In this document: one piece after another, positions 43,823 to 52,668 of the stretch
Layout of the letters: every line of letters starts with the position of its first letter
Numbering within the stretch: position 1 is the first letter of the stretch
The notes under the pieces: generated by a model
What the model was told of the DNA's origin: nothing
Databases searched by the model: none
Seen by the model: only the letters and a program-made list of their open reading frames with translations
NCBI GenBank assembly: GCA_937900255.1
Contig: CALCDZ010000004.1
Location: forward strand, 100,413 to 164,412
DNA length: 64,000 nt
Source: an uncultured bacterium
GTDB taxonomy: Bacteria > Patescibacteriota > Patescibacteriia > SG8-24 > DYFX01
Direction: 5' to 3'
Translations under genes and position numbers: made by a program

Positions 43823-45958
43823 ATGCGGAGCAGAATCATCGCGAGCCTCTGGTTCATCTACTTCCTTCTCACCGCCGCCTGCGCTTTGCAGCCCGCCGGT
43901 GAAGGGGGCGGCTCGGGGTCCGGTTCCGGATCCGGTTCGGGCTCCGGCTCGAACGTCCAGTGCCGCAAGGATACCGACTGCAACGACTACGTGTCGTGCA
44001 CGACCGGCGTCTGCAGCGGCGGGACGTGCCACTACGAGTCGTCGTGTCTCCTGGGCCAGACCTGCAACGTGCAGGCGGACCGTTGCGAGACTGCCGGTAC
44101 GCCGAGCGGACATGGTATCAGCTGCTTCCAGACCGGGAGCACGCTCTACCTGACCGTGAGCGGACAGTTGACGGATGCCGTCTACGGAGGTTCGCTGATC
44201 CGACCGAAATATATCTCCATCGCGAGTGATCAGATCGCGAACTCGTGGAACATCACCGCGACGTCTTCCGGTCCGCGCGTTGACCTTACGTCGACGGAGA
44301 CGGCCAATGGGGCCGTCTCGTCCGCTTCCATCAACTTGCCGAGCGACCAGGCCCAGCGCTTCACGCTGCTGGTCTGGTCGAACGACGGCTATGCGCGGCG
44401 CCTGGATCTCAAAAAGTGGAACGTCACTGGCGACGGTTGCGCCCGCATCGCGGACGGGTCGACGGGCGGTACGACCGATGGCTACGTCATCGGCCGCGCC
44501 CCGCTCTGCCCCAACGCCTGCGACGACGGCAACGCTTCGACGGTGGACGCGTGTACGGCCAACGGCTGCACGCATAACGGGAACGGCGGCACGAACTCGT
44601 CCTACGGCAACGTGAGTTGCTCGGAGTCGGGTTCGACCACCACCGTGACCGTGAACGGCGGCATCCTCTCGCACCTGGCGGATGGCACCGGGTCCTCGCT
44701 GTCGCCGAACTCGTCGTGGTCGATTCTCTTCGGCTACGGCGGCTCCGGTTCGACCTCGTGGTCCTCGGATGGCTCCACCTACACGCTGACCAGCTCCAAC
44801 GGGTTCTCGGGGTTCAACCTCGCGCTCCAGGAGCCGAGCGGCACTCGGCACTGGTTCAACGTGAACCAGTTCAACGTGTCGGGGAGCTGTCGGCTTGGGA
44901 CGAATGAGTTCAGCCACACGGCTGGCTCAGGCGGCTCCGGCTACGGCAACGTGAGTTGCTCGGAGTCGGGCTCGACCACCACCGTGACCGTGAACGGCGG
45001 CATCCTCTCGCACCTGGCGGACGGCACCGGTTCCTCGTTGTCCCCGAACTCGTCGTGGTCGATCCGATTCGGCTACGGCGGCTCCGGTTCGACCTCGTGG
45101 TCCTCGGACGGCTCGACCTATACGCTGTACAGCTCCAACGGGTTCTCGGGGTTCAACCTCGTGCTCCAGGAGCCGGGCGGCACGCAGCACTGGTTCGACG
45201 TGAACCGGTTCAACGTGTCGGGGAGCTGCTGGTTGGGAAGCAACGAGTTCGCGCATTCCGGTTCGGGGTCATCCTCGGGCCACGGCACGATCTCCTGCAC
45301 CGAGTCGGGGTCGACCACGAACGTCACGATCTCGAACGGTATCCTGAATCATCTGGACGTCACGGGCCTCGCGCCCGACTCGTCGTGGTCGATCCGATTC
45401 GGCTACGGCGGGACGGACATCAGGTCGTGGGTCTCGGACTCGTCGAGCTACACGTTCACGATGTCGAACTCGGTCACGGGCTTCAATTTCCTGCTTCGGG
45501 ATCAGTACGGGAACAGCCACTGGTTCGATGCCACCGAATTCGACGCCTACGGCACTTGCACGCGCATCACCGGCGGCTTCTCGCATTCGACGTCTGGGTC
45601 GTCATCGGACGGATACGGCAGGATCACGTGCTCAGTCAACGGACCGGACATGACGGTCACGATTTCCGACGGCATCCTCTCCCACCTGACGTATAACGGC
45701 ACCGTGTACCCGACTTCCGCCTGGAAGATCCAGTACAGTTCCGACTACGACGGGCTGACGGTGCCGTATCCGGGTGGCGTCAACAAGCCGATGGCCACCT
45801 GGCTCAGTAACGCCACGTCCTACTCGATCGTGATGTCGAGCCTGGTCAACGGGTTCAACTTCGCTCTAGAGGACGGGGTTTCGCCCTACTGGTTCGACAC
45901 CACGGAGTTCATCTTCACCGGATGTTACCGCGGTACGGACGGCAGGATCTACCACTAG
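43823..45958 (+). CDS. Cys/Ser/Gly-rich lipoprotein with tandem ~113-aa beta domains
   Basis: TAAC lipobox; (GS)n linker; CDDGNASTVDAC; four YG.(V/I)SC..SG..VT..NGIL.HL units. Confidence 0.85.
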   Translation: MRSRIIASLWFIYFLLTAACALQPAGEGGGSGSGSGSGSGSGSNVQCRKDTDCNDYVSCTTGVCSGGTCHYESSCLLGQTCNVQADRCETAGTPSGHGISCFQTGSTLYLTVSGQLTDAVYGGSLIRPKYISIASDQIANSWNITATSSGPRVDLTSTETANGAVSSASINLPSDQAQRFTLLVWSNDGYARRLDLKKWNVTGDGCARIADGSTGGTTDGYVIGRAPLCPNACDDGNASTVDACTANGCTHNGNGGTNSSYGNVSCSESGSTTTVTVNGGILSHLADGTGSSLSPNSSWSILFGYGGSGSTSWSSDGSTYTLTSSNGFSGFNLALQEPSGTRHWFNVNQFNVSGSCRLGTNEFSHTAGSGGSGYGNVSCSESGSTTTVTVNGGILSHLADGTGSSLSPNSSWSIRFGYGGSGSTSWSSDGSTYTLYSSNGFSGFNLVLQEPGGTQHWFDVNRFNVSGSCWLGSNEFAHSGSGSSSGHGTISCTESGSTTNVTISNGILNHLDVTGLAPDSSWSIRFGYGGTDIRSWVSDSSSYTFTMSNSVTGFNFLLRDQYGNSHWFDATEFDAYGTCTRITGGFSHSTSGSSSDGYGRITCSVNGPDMTVTISDGILSHLTYNGTVYPTSAWKIQYSSDYDGLTVPYPGGVNKPMATWLSNATSYSIVMSSLVNGFNFALEDGVSPYWFDTTEFIFTGCYRGTDGRIYH
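44602..45255 (+). repeat. Near-identical intragenic tandem duplication, 339-bp period
   Basis: CTACGGCAACGTGAGTTGCTCGGAGTCGGG at 44602 and 44941; diverged units follow near 45280 and 45610. Confidence 0.9.
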
Positions 45959-46039
45959 CCCCTGCGCACTCTGGAGGGCGCCTTGCGGGAAACCGCAGGT
46001 CGCCCTCTCTTTATTTTTCTGCTAAACTGGAGGCGCTAT

Positions 46040-47587
46040 ATGCCGATCGCTGACGCCTTGAAGAGGGAACTGCGGAAGCTGTTCGAGATCCCCGACGTGC
46101 CTTGGCAGCGCCTGGTGAAGGTCTTTATCGGCATCGCTGCGCTGTTCTGCCTCCTGGTCGTCTTCGTTTCGCCTTGGAAGGTGCTGGCCTTCTTCCTGAG
46201 CGTCGGACTCCTGGCCATCGTCTATGCCCGACCGACCTGGATGCTGGCGTTCCTGGCGGTCTTCATCCCGCTCGAACCGTTCTTCCTGAAGTTCGTGCCG
46301 GACGAGCTCTATATCTTCGCCAAGTATTTTTCGGAGGTGCTGATCTACCTCCTCCTGGCCTCCGCCCTGGCGCGGCGTTACTTGGAAGGGGAGAAGCGCG
46401 TGGCGACGCCGCTCGACCTGCCGTTCGCCCTGCTCGTGCTCGTGGCCGCCGCTTCGGCCGTCTCCAACTTCGTCCAGCCTGGCATCGCCATCCTGGGGTT
46501 ACGTCAGATCATCCGCTTCATGCTGCTGTTCTTCGCGGTCGTGGCGCTTGCGCCGTCGCGCAAGTACCTGCGCACGCTGGCGGCGCTGATGCTCGCCCTG
46601 GTCTTCTTCGAGTCCTGCCTCGGCATCCTACAGGCGGCCACCTACGGCGCGATCGACGCCTTCCTGCTCCCCAGTCAGCAGCATGTCTACGACAGCCTTC
46701 AGTTGACCGGCGGCACCCAGCAGTTCTGGGCGCCCGGCCAGCGCGTCTTCGCCACGCTCGGCCGTTACGACCAGCTCGGCACCTTCCTGTGCTTCTTCAT
46801 GCTGCTCCTGGCCGGATGGGCCTACGAGGTCGCGCGCGGCAAATGGCACAAGTACTTCCTCGCGCTTTCGGCCATCGCGCTGGGCGCTTTGGTGCTGACG
46901 TATTCGCGTGCCTCGTGGTTCGGCTTCCTGTTCGGCTTCCTTTACATCGCCGTGCGGGTCAAGAAAGATAAGCGCGTCACGGCGGCCTTCCTGGCGATCG
47001 TCGGGCTCATCGCCGCGTATACTTTGTACACCGGCGTCGTCGTGAAGTACCTGACCGACACGCCCGAACAGACGCCGCTCGCGCGCCTGCTCGAAGCTTT
47101 CTCGTATGAGCGGTGGCGCGGCGAGTATTTCGGCTATGGGCGCGTCTACTGGCTCCTCAACACGCCGCTCAAGGTCGTGCCGTCCGCTCCGATCTTCGGC
47201 CACGGCCCCGGCACCTACGGCGGCGGCGCGGCAGCGGTGCTCGGCAACTCGACCGTCTATGACCAGCTCGGATTGCCGTTCGGCGTGGCCGGCACTGGCG
47301 GTTTCATCGACAACAACTGGTTTTCGCTCTGGGGCGAGGTCGGCACGCTCGGGCTCGCGCTTTACGTCTGGATGTTCGTGATCCTGTTCCGCTCGGCCCG
47401 TGCCGTCTTTGAGGGATCAGAGGACCCCTTCATCCGCGGCTTGGCGCTCGGGTATCTCGGCGCGACCCTTGCCTTCGCCATGCAGGCGATGCTCGGGACG
47501 TACCTGGAAGTCCGCACCATCAGCCTATACTTCTGGCTGTTCGGCGCGCTGATCGTGGCGGCGGGCCAGCACGAGAAGCTGGTATGA
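46040..47587 (+). CDS. O-antigen ligase/Wzy-like membrane protein
   Basis: Start MPIADAL; RVFATLG, LTYSRASWFG, PIFGHGPG, GEVGTLGL. Confidence 0.85.
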   Translation: MPIADALKRELRKLFEIPDVPWQRLVKVFIGIAALFCLLVVFVSPWKVLAFFLSVGLLAIVYARPTWMLAFLAVFIPLEPFFLKFVPDELYIFAKYFSEVLIYLLLASALARRYLEGEKRVATPLDLPFALLVLVAAASAVSNFVQPGIAILGLRQIIRFMLLFFAVVALAPSRKYLRTLAALMLALVFFESCLGILQAATYGAIDAFLLPSQQHVYDSLQLTGGTQQFWAPGQRVFATLGRYDQLGTFLCFFMLLLAGWAYEVARGKWHKYFLALSAIALGALVLTYSRASWFGFLFGFLYIAVRVKKDKRVTAAFLAIVGLIAAYTLYTGVVVKYLTDTPEQTPLARLLEAFSYERWRGEYFGYGRVYWLLNTPLKVVPSAPIFGHGPGTYGGGAAAVLGNSTVYDQLGLPFGVAGTGGFIDNNWFSLWGEVGTLGLALYVWMFVILFRSARAVFEGSEDPFIRGLALGYLGATLAFAMQAMLGTYLEVRTISLYFWLFGALIVAAGQHEKLV

Positions 47588-48807
47588 AGGTCCTGCTCGT
47601 CGACAAGTTCTGGTACTTGAAGGGCGGGGCCGAACGCGTGGTCTTCGAGACAAAGAAGCTGCTCGAAGCTAACGGCGACGTCGTCTTCGAATTCTCGATG
47701 CGCGATCCGCGGAACGTCGAGAGCGCGTACGGGCGTTTTTTCGTCTCGCCGGTCGCTACCGATCGCGTCCGGTTCGACTGGCAAGGGCTGCGGACGGCCG
47801 GACGGATGCTCTGGTCTTTCGAGGCGGCGCGGAAGTTCGATGCGCTCCTGTCGGAAGCGAAACCGGACGTCATTCATGCGCATAACATCTATCATCAGTT
47901 GTCGCCTTCGATCCTGGCGGTCGCCGAGCGCCGCGGCGTGCCGGCCGTGATGACGCTGCATGATTATCACCTGATCTCGCCGAACTACGGCCTGTTCGAC
48001 CGCGGCGGCATCGTCGAGCCTTCCAAGGCGCATCCGTATCTTGATACGTTGCAGCGCCGTCTTATCGACGGCTCGTTCCCCAAGAGCGCGCTCTCGGCCT
48101 TTGAGGGTTGGCTGCACCGCGCGTCAGGCGTCTACGGCAGCGTAGCGAAGTTCATCGCGCCGTCCGAGTTCGTGAAGAGGAAGGTCGTCGAGTACGGTGT
48201 CGCCGAAAGCCGCGTCGAAGTCGTGCCGCATTGCATCGGACTGGAAGGCCGCGCGCCGCGCTACGCTTCGGAAAACCGGGTCGTTTTCGTGGGGCGTCTC
48301 TCGCCCGAGAAAGGCGTCGACGTCCTCCTGCGCGCCATGAAAGACGTGAACGGACTGGAATGCGCCATCGTCGGCGAAGGTCCCGAGCGCGGCCGTTTGG
48401 AGCGATTGTCCGAAGATCTCGGCCTCGCCAACGTGGCGTTCCTGGGCGCGCTCTACGGCGCGGAGCTCGAACGCGAGATCGCCCGCGCCAAAGCCGTGGT
48501 CATCCCGTCGCTCTCCTATGAGACCTTCGGGCTCACGGCGCTTGAAGCCTATGCGTTCGGAAAACCCGTCATCGCCAGCCGCATCGGCGCCTTGCCGGAG
48601 GTCGTGCGGGAAGGGGAGACGGGATTGCTCTTCGCCCCGGGCGGATCGAAGGAACTCACTGAAAAATTGAATTGGCTCACCCGGAACGCCGCCGTGTCCG
48701 AAGCGATGGGTCGGAAGGGCCGCGAGCTCGCCGAAACGGAGTACGCGCCCGGACTGCACCTCGGAAGGATCCATCGGATCTACAAGGAAGCGATCGGGAA
48801 GAAGTAG
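47584..48807 (+). CDS. Glycosyltransferase family 4
   Basis: GGAERV, TLHDY, FVGRLSPEKG, ETFGLTALEA. Confidence 0.93.
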   Translation: MKVLLVDKFWYLKGGAERVVFETKKLLEANGDVVFEFSMRDPRNVESAYGRFFVSPVATDRVRFDWQGLRTAGRMLWSFEAARKFDALLSEAKPDVIHAHNIYHQLSPSILAVAERRGVPAVMTLHDYHLISPNYGLFDRGGIVEPSKAHPYLDTLQRRLIDGSFPKSALSAFEGWLHRASGVYGSVAKFIAPSEFVKRKVVEYGVAESRVEVVPHCIGLEGRAPRYASENRVVFVGRLSPEKGVDVLLRAMKDVNGLECAIVGEGPERGRLERLSEDLGLANVAFLGALYGAELEREIARAKAVVIPSLSYETFGLTALEAYAFGKPVIASRIGALPEVVREGETGLLFAPGGSKELTEKLNWLTRNAAVSEAMGRKGRELAETEYAPGLHLGRIHRIYKEAIGKK

Positions 48808-48897
48808 GGGTATACGTGATGGCTGCACCCATCCCGGCGGCATCGTCGTATATGCAGATGACAGGCCTGTCATGTCCCTTATTCGTAACCATCCTTG

Positions 48898-49545
48898 ATG
48901 ATGAAGAGGAAACCTTTGCTCATCGGCGCCGCGGCCTTGGTGTCGGCCTTGGCGCTGCCGGCGCTGGTCTTGGCCGCCCAACCTTCGGGCTGGCAAGGCT
49001 TCGGCAAGAAAACCGGAACCGCACCGATGGGCATGCGCGCTCGCATGAGTCCGGGCGTTTTCGGCACGATCATCGCCATGAACGGCGGGACGTTCACCGT
49101 GGAGAGCCACGCGTTCGGAAAGACGCAGGCAAGCGCGACATGGACCGTCGCGACCGACGCCTCCACGACGTACAAGAAAGACGGTCAAGCCGCCTCATCC
49201 GCCGACCTGGCCGTCGGGGAGAGCGTCATGGCGATCGGTACGCGCGATGAAAGCGCCAAGACCGTCGCCGCTAAGGAGGTGGCGATCGATACCCGGACGG
49301 CACAGGCGCCTCCGCAGCGCTTCACGGGCACCATCCAGTCGATCGACGGCGGCAAGCTGACGATCCTGGACGCGGACGGCAAGACGCGCGTCGTCGCCGC
49401 GTTCAGCGTCGGCGAGAAAGTGGTGATCGCAGGAGCGCAGGCGGGCCCCTCCGCCGACATCCAAGCCTTCATGGTCCACGATGCCTCGAAGGTGCCTGCT
49501 CTCGGCATGCGTCCGATGATGAACATGCACGGAGCTGATGAATAG
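48898..49545 (+). CDS. Secreted DUF5666-like (OB-fold repeat) protein
   Basis: Signal peptide; GTI..T.Y..DLAVGESV..G..AKEV. Confidence 0.7.
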   Translation: MMKRKPLLIGAAALVSALALPALVLAAQPSGWQGFGKKTGTAPMGMRARMSPGVFGTIIAMNGGTFTVESHAFGKTQASATWTVATDASTTYKKDGQAASSADLAVGESVMAIGTRDESAKTVAAKEVAIDTRTAQAPPQRFTGTIQSIDGGKLTILDADGKTRVVAAFSVGEKVVIAGAQAGPSADIQAFMVHDASKVPALGMRPMMNMHGADE

Positions 49546-49552
49546 CTCCATC

Positions 49553-49580
49553 AAAAATCCGCCTTCCATGGCGGGTTTTT
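49553..49580. terminator. Bidirectional terminator
   Basis: AAAAATCCGCC-TTCCAT-GGCGGGTTTTT between convergent genes. Confidence 0.8.
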
Positions 49581-49644
49581 GAGCGATACGAAAACCTCCC
49601 GCGTGCAGCACGGGAGGTTCTCTTTTTTCGGACCGTTCCGGGTA

Positions 49645-50853
49645 TCACCCCATCGCGGCCCGGCGGGCGTGGCCCATCTGGAGTCCGGCCTTGCGGGCGG
49701 TCTTCTGGAGGGGCTTCGCTGGCGCCAGCTGGTTATAGACCAAACCGGTCTCTTTGGCAATCTTGTCCCAGTTGAAGTAGGTGGCGACGTGCTTTTGGGC
49801 TTCGCGGCCCATCTCCGCGCATTGCCGCGGATGCGTCAGCATCCAATGCAGTTGGAGCATGAGGTCACGTTCGTCATCGAGCCGATAGGTGAAGCCGCGA
49901 CCCTCGACGATCTCCAGGTGTTCCGGGATGTTCGAGGCCAGGACGGCTTTGCCGTGCGCCATCTTCTCGAGCACGGCCATCGGCAGGCCTTCGGTAGCGG
50001 AGGGGTGGACGCCGAAGGCGGCGTGGGCCACGAGCGCGTTCAGTTCGGCGCCATAGCGCGCTCCGGCCAGGACGATGTCCTTGGTACCGGCCGCCTTGGC
50101 GCGGACTTCCCAGACGTAGGCATCCGTCGGTTGTCCGTCGCCGACGATGACGAGCTTCATGCCGAGCGTGCGCAGGTCGGTCGAAGCGCGCTTGAGGCGC
50201 TTCCAGGCTTCGATCAGCTTGTCCGCGTTCTTGGAGCGGATGAGTCGCGAGACCATCACGACATAGCGGCCCTTCTCGAGCCCGAGCGCGTTCAGGACGG
50301 AGACATCCTTGGGAGAAGGTTTCGCGACCTTCACGCCGTTGGGGATGTAGGCGGCGCGGCAGTCGTAGACTTCGCGGCAGTAGTGCGCCAGCGTCTTGGA
50401 GACGACGATCGTCTTGTGGGCGAAGTGCGTGGCGGCCCATTCTCCGGCGCGGAGCATCGTGCGGGCGAAACGCCCCCACTTGCGGACCCGGCGGTCGAGG
50501 CAGTGGAAGGTGACGATGACTTCGGAACCTGGGCGGAAGACGCGCGGCATCCAGGCGAGCAGGGCGGGACCGACGCCGTGGTAGTGGTAGACGTCGGCGC
50601 CTTCCTTCATGGCGTGGACGGTCGAAAGGAAGGTGTGCGTGATCGCGTCGAAGTGCTTGGTCTGGAGCGAGGCGAGCGGCACCAACCGGACGCCTTGGTG
50701 CGACAGCTTCCGCGTGCCGGTATACCAAGGGCGGGTATAGACCGTGACGTCGAAAGAGCGCTTCGCGAGACGGATCGCGAGCTCTTCCACGTGCCGCTCG
50801 ATGCCTCCGGAGCGTGCCGGAATGCCTTTGGAACCGATGATGGCGATCTTCAT
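49645..50853 (-). CDS. Glycosyltransferase family 4
   Basis: MKIAIIGSKGIPARSGGIERHVEEL, YIPNGV, EGLPMAVLE. Confidence 0.93.
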   Translation of the reverse strand: MKIAIIGSKGIPARSGGIERHVEELAIRLAKRSFDVTVYTRPWYTGTRKLSHQGVRLVPLASLQTKHFDAITHTFLSTVHAMKEGADVYHYHGVGPALLAWMPRVFRPGSEVIVTFHCLDRRVRKWGRFARTMLRAGEWAATHFAHKTIVVSKTLAHYCREVYDCRAAYIPNGVKVAKPSPKDVSVLNALGLEKGRYVVMVSRLIRSKNADKLIEAWKRLKRASTDLRTLGMKLVIVGDGQPTDAYVWEVRAKAAGTKDIVLAGARYGAELNALVAHAAFGVHPSATEGLPMAVLEKMAHGKAVLASNIPEHLEIVEGRGFTYRLDDERDLMLQLHWMLTHPRQCAEMGREAQKHVATYFNWDKIAKETGLVYNQLAPAKPLQKTARKAGLQMGHARRAAMG

Positions 50854-50954
50854 AACCGGGCACTCTAGCAGAAAAAGCCATTTTTGTCAAGGGTCTGGAA
50901 CAACGCAAAACCGGCCAGGATATGGCCGGTTTCATTGGGTTATTCTTGGTTGGC

Positions 50955-52664
50955 TTATCGAACCACCTTCGACCGTCCGGCGGCCTTCGGGTCGCCCGTG
51001 AGCCTGGTGTCGAGGCTCCCGGCGCGTGAAGAGAGGTCGATGCCGGTCCAGGCGTCCGTGCCCGTATAGGCCGCTTCGTGAAGCAGTTCCGGGGCGGTAT
51101 CGGCTTGCGCGATCTCCGGCGTCAGGGCGATCTCGAAGGAAGCGCTCGGTGCCTCGAAGGACGCCGCCGCGTGCGGCTCCACCGATCCCACGCGCCAGAC
51201 CAGGCGGTCTCCGCCCGATTCCAAGTCGTCCCCGCCGCTCACGGCCGCGCGTCCGGTCCATGCCGCTCCGCGAGGCAGGGTGAAGATGACGGTCCCGTTC
51301 TCGGTCTTGGTCGGTCCCGTTTCCAGGCTGGCCAGGATCCAGTAGGTGGTCGTCTTGCCGACGCGCGGAGGCAGCGGGCCGCGTCCGATCTGGTCTCCTT
51401 GGTTCGTGAAGTAGCGGGCGGCGACCAAGAGCCTGGCGCTTCCGGCGATCTTGGTCGAGACGGACTTGCCGTCGATCCGGACGTCATGCAGCGCGGACGC
51501 CTGCACGTCGAATTCCGCTTGCGGGATCACGCGCAGGAGCGGGTCGGTGCCGTAGGGTGAAATGGCGTCACGCAGGCGCACGTATGCGATGCGCGTTCCG
51601 GAAGCGCCCGGTTCCAAGGCATCTACGAGCGGGATTTCGCTCCACCGGACCGACGAAATGGCGGAGGGGTCAGGCTTCACCGAAAGCCGCAGGCGCGAGA
51701 TCTCCTTGCTGCCGTCGTTGCGGTAACGGATCGTCAACGGGACCTCCTGCCCGGCTTTGACGTAGTCGGGCGTGGAACCCGTGAATGCGGCGTCCAATTC
51801 CAGTCCGGCATTCACGACCGGCACGTCGGTTCCCGTTTCTGCCAGCAGGAACGGCTGGCCTTCGAAGGTGCCGGTCATCTCGGATCGGAAGTGTAGGAGA
51901 TCCGTCGCGCCGTCGAAGTGCCCGAAGAACTCCGCGTCGGCTTCTTCGCCCGGAGAAAGGTCTCCCAAGGCGATCGCACCCTTATAAATAGGCGGGGTGC
52001 TGCGAAGCGGACGGAATCCGGGAGGCCAGACCATCTTGAGGCTGGCTTTGGCGAACGGCAGCGGAGAGCCGTTCTTGACGTGGAGGCGGAAAGCGGCGTC
52101 CTGACCCGGCACGACGGCGCTCGGCAGCGAGAACCCCAGCGTCACGAGGCTGCGTTCCCAGCGGAGTTCGCTTGAGGCGAGCTTCTCGTCGACCGACCCG
52201 TCCGCGTCGGAGGCAGCGAAACGCACGATGACGGGAACGCTTTGAGGCGGCCCGATCAGGAATCCGCGGACGCGGTAATCGATCGAAGCGTTCGGCGCGA
52301 TCGAGACGACGTCGAACTCGCGGACGCTGCCGCGCCCGTCTTCCGGCAGGAACGCCTTCGGCAGGCGGATGGAGAGATGTCCTTTCGTCAGGGGTCGCTT
52401 CCCGGCGTTCAGCATGGTCACGGCGATTTCCGTCTCCTCTCCGCCGACCGCTTCGCCGGCGACGGTCACGTTCAGCTTGAAGGCGTCGCGCAGCGGATGG
52501 TAGAACCAGCTGAAGTAGGAGCCGAGCAGCAGCAACCCTAACGCGCAGCTCACGAGCGCGGCGTCGAGCAGGAACACCAAATGCGCCCGCGAGGCATAAC
52601 GCGCCGCGTAATGCTTCTCGTAGTGGCGCTTGGCGTGTCCGTGGACGCGATGGAGGATGGACAT
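50955..52664 (-). CDS. Membrane-anchored protein with Ig-like beta domains
   Basis: Single N-terminal TM; GPLPPRVGKTTTYWI motif; repeated xYRNxG-type strands. Confidence 0.75.
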   Translation of the reverse strand: MSILHRVHGHAKRHYEKHYAARYASRAHLVFLLDAALVSCALGLLLLGSYFSWFYHPLRDAFKLNVTVAGEAVGGEETEIAVTMLNAGKRPLTKGHLSIRLPKAFLPEDGRGSVREFDVVSIAPNASIDYRVRGFLIGPPQSVPVIVRFAASDADGSVDEKLASSELRWERSLVTLGFSLPSAVVPGQDAAFRLHVKNGSPLPFAKASLKMVWPPGFRPLRSTPPIYKGAIALGDLSPGEEADAEFFGHFDGATDLLHFRSEMTGTFEGQPFLLAETGTDVPVVNAGLELDAAFTGSTPDYVKAGQEVPLTIRYRNDGSKEISRLRLSVKPDPSAISSVRWSEIPLVDALEPGASGTRIAYVRLRDAISPYGTDPLLRVIPQAEFDVQASALHDVRIDGKSVSTKIAGSARLLVAARYFTNQGDQIGRGPLPPRVGKTTTYWILASLETGPTKTENGTVIFTLPRGAAWTGRAAVSGGDDLESGGDRLVWRVGSVEPHAAASFEAPSASFEIALTPEIAQADTAPELLHEAAYTGTDAWTGIDLSSRAGSLDTRLTGDPKAAGRSKVVR

Positions 52665-52668
52665 AGGT

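Noticed and set aside
44602-45255. Diversity-generating retroelement TR/VR pair
   Set aside because: Both copies are in frame within one gene, the differences are not adenine-specific, and no reverse transcriptase is present.
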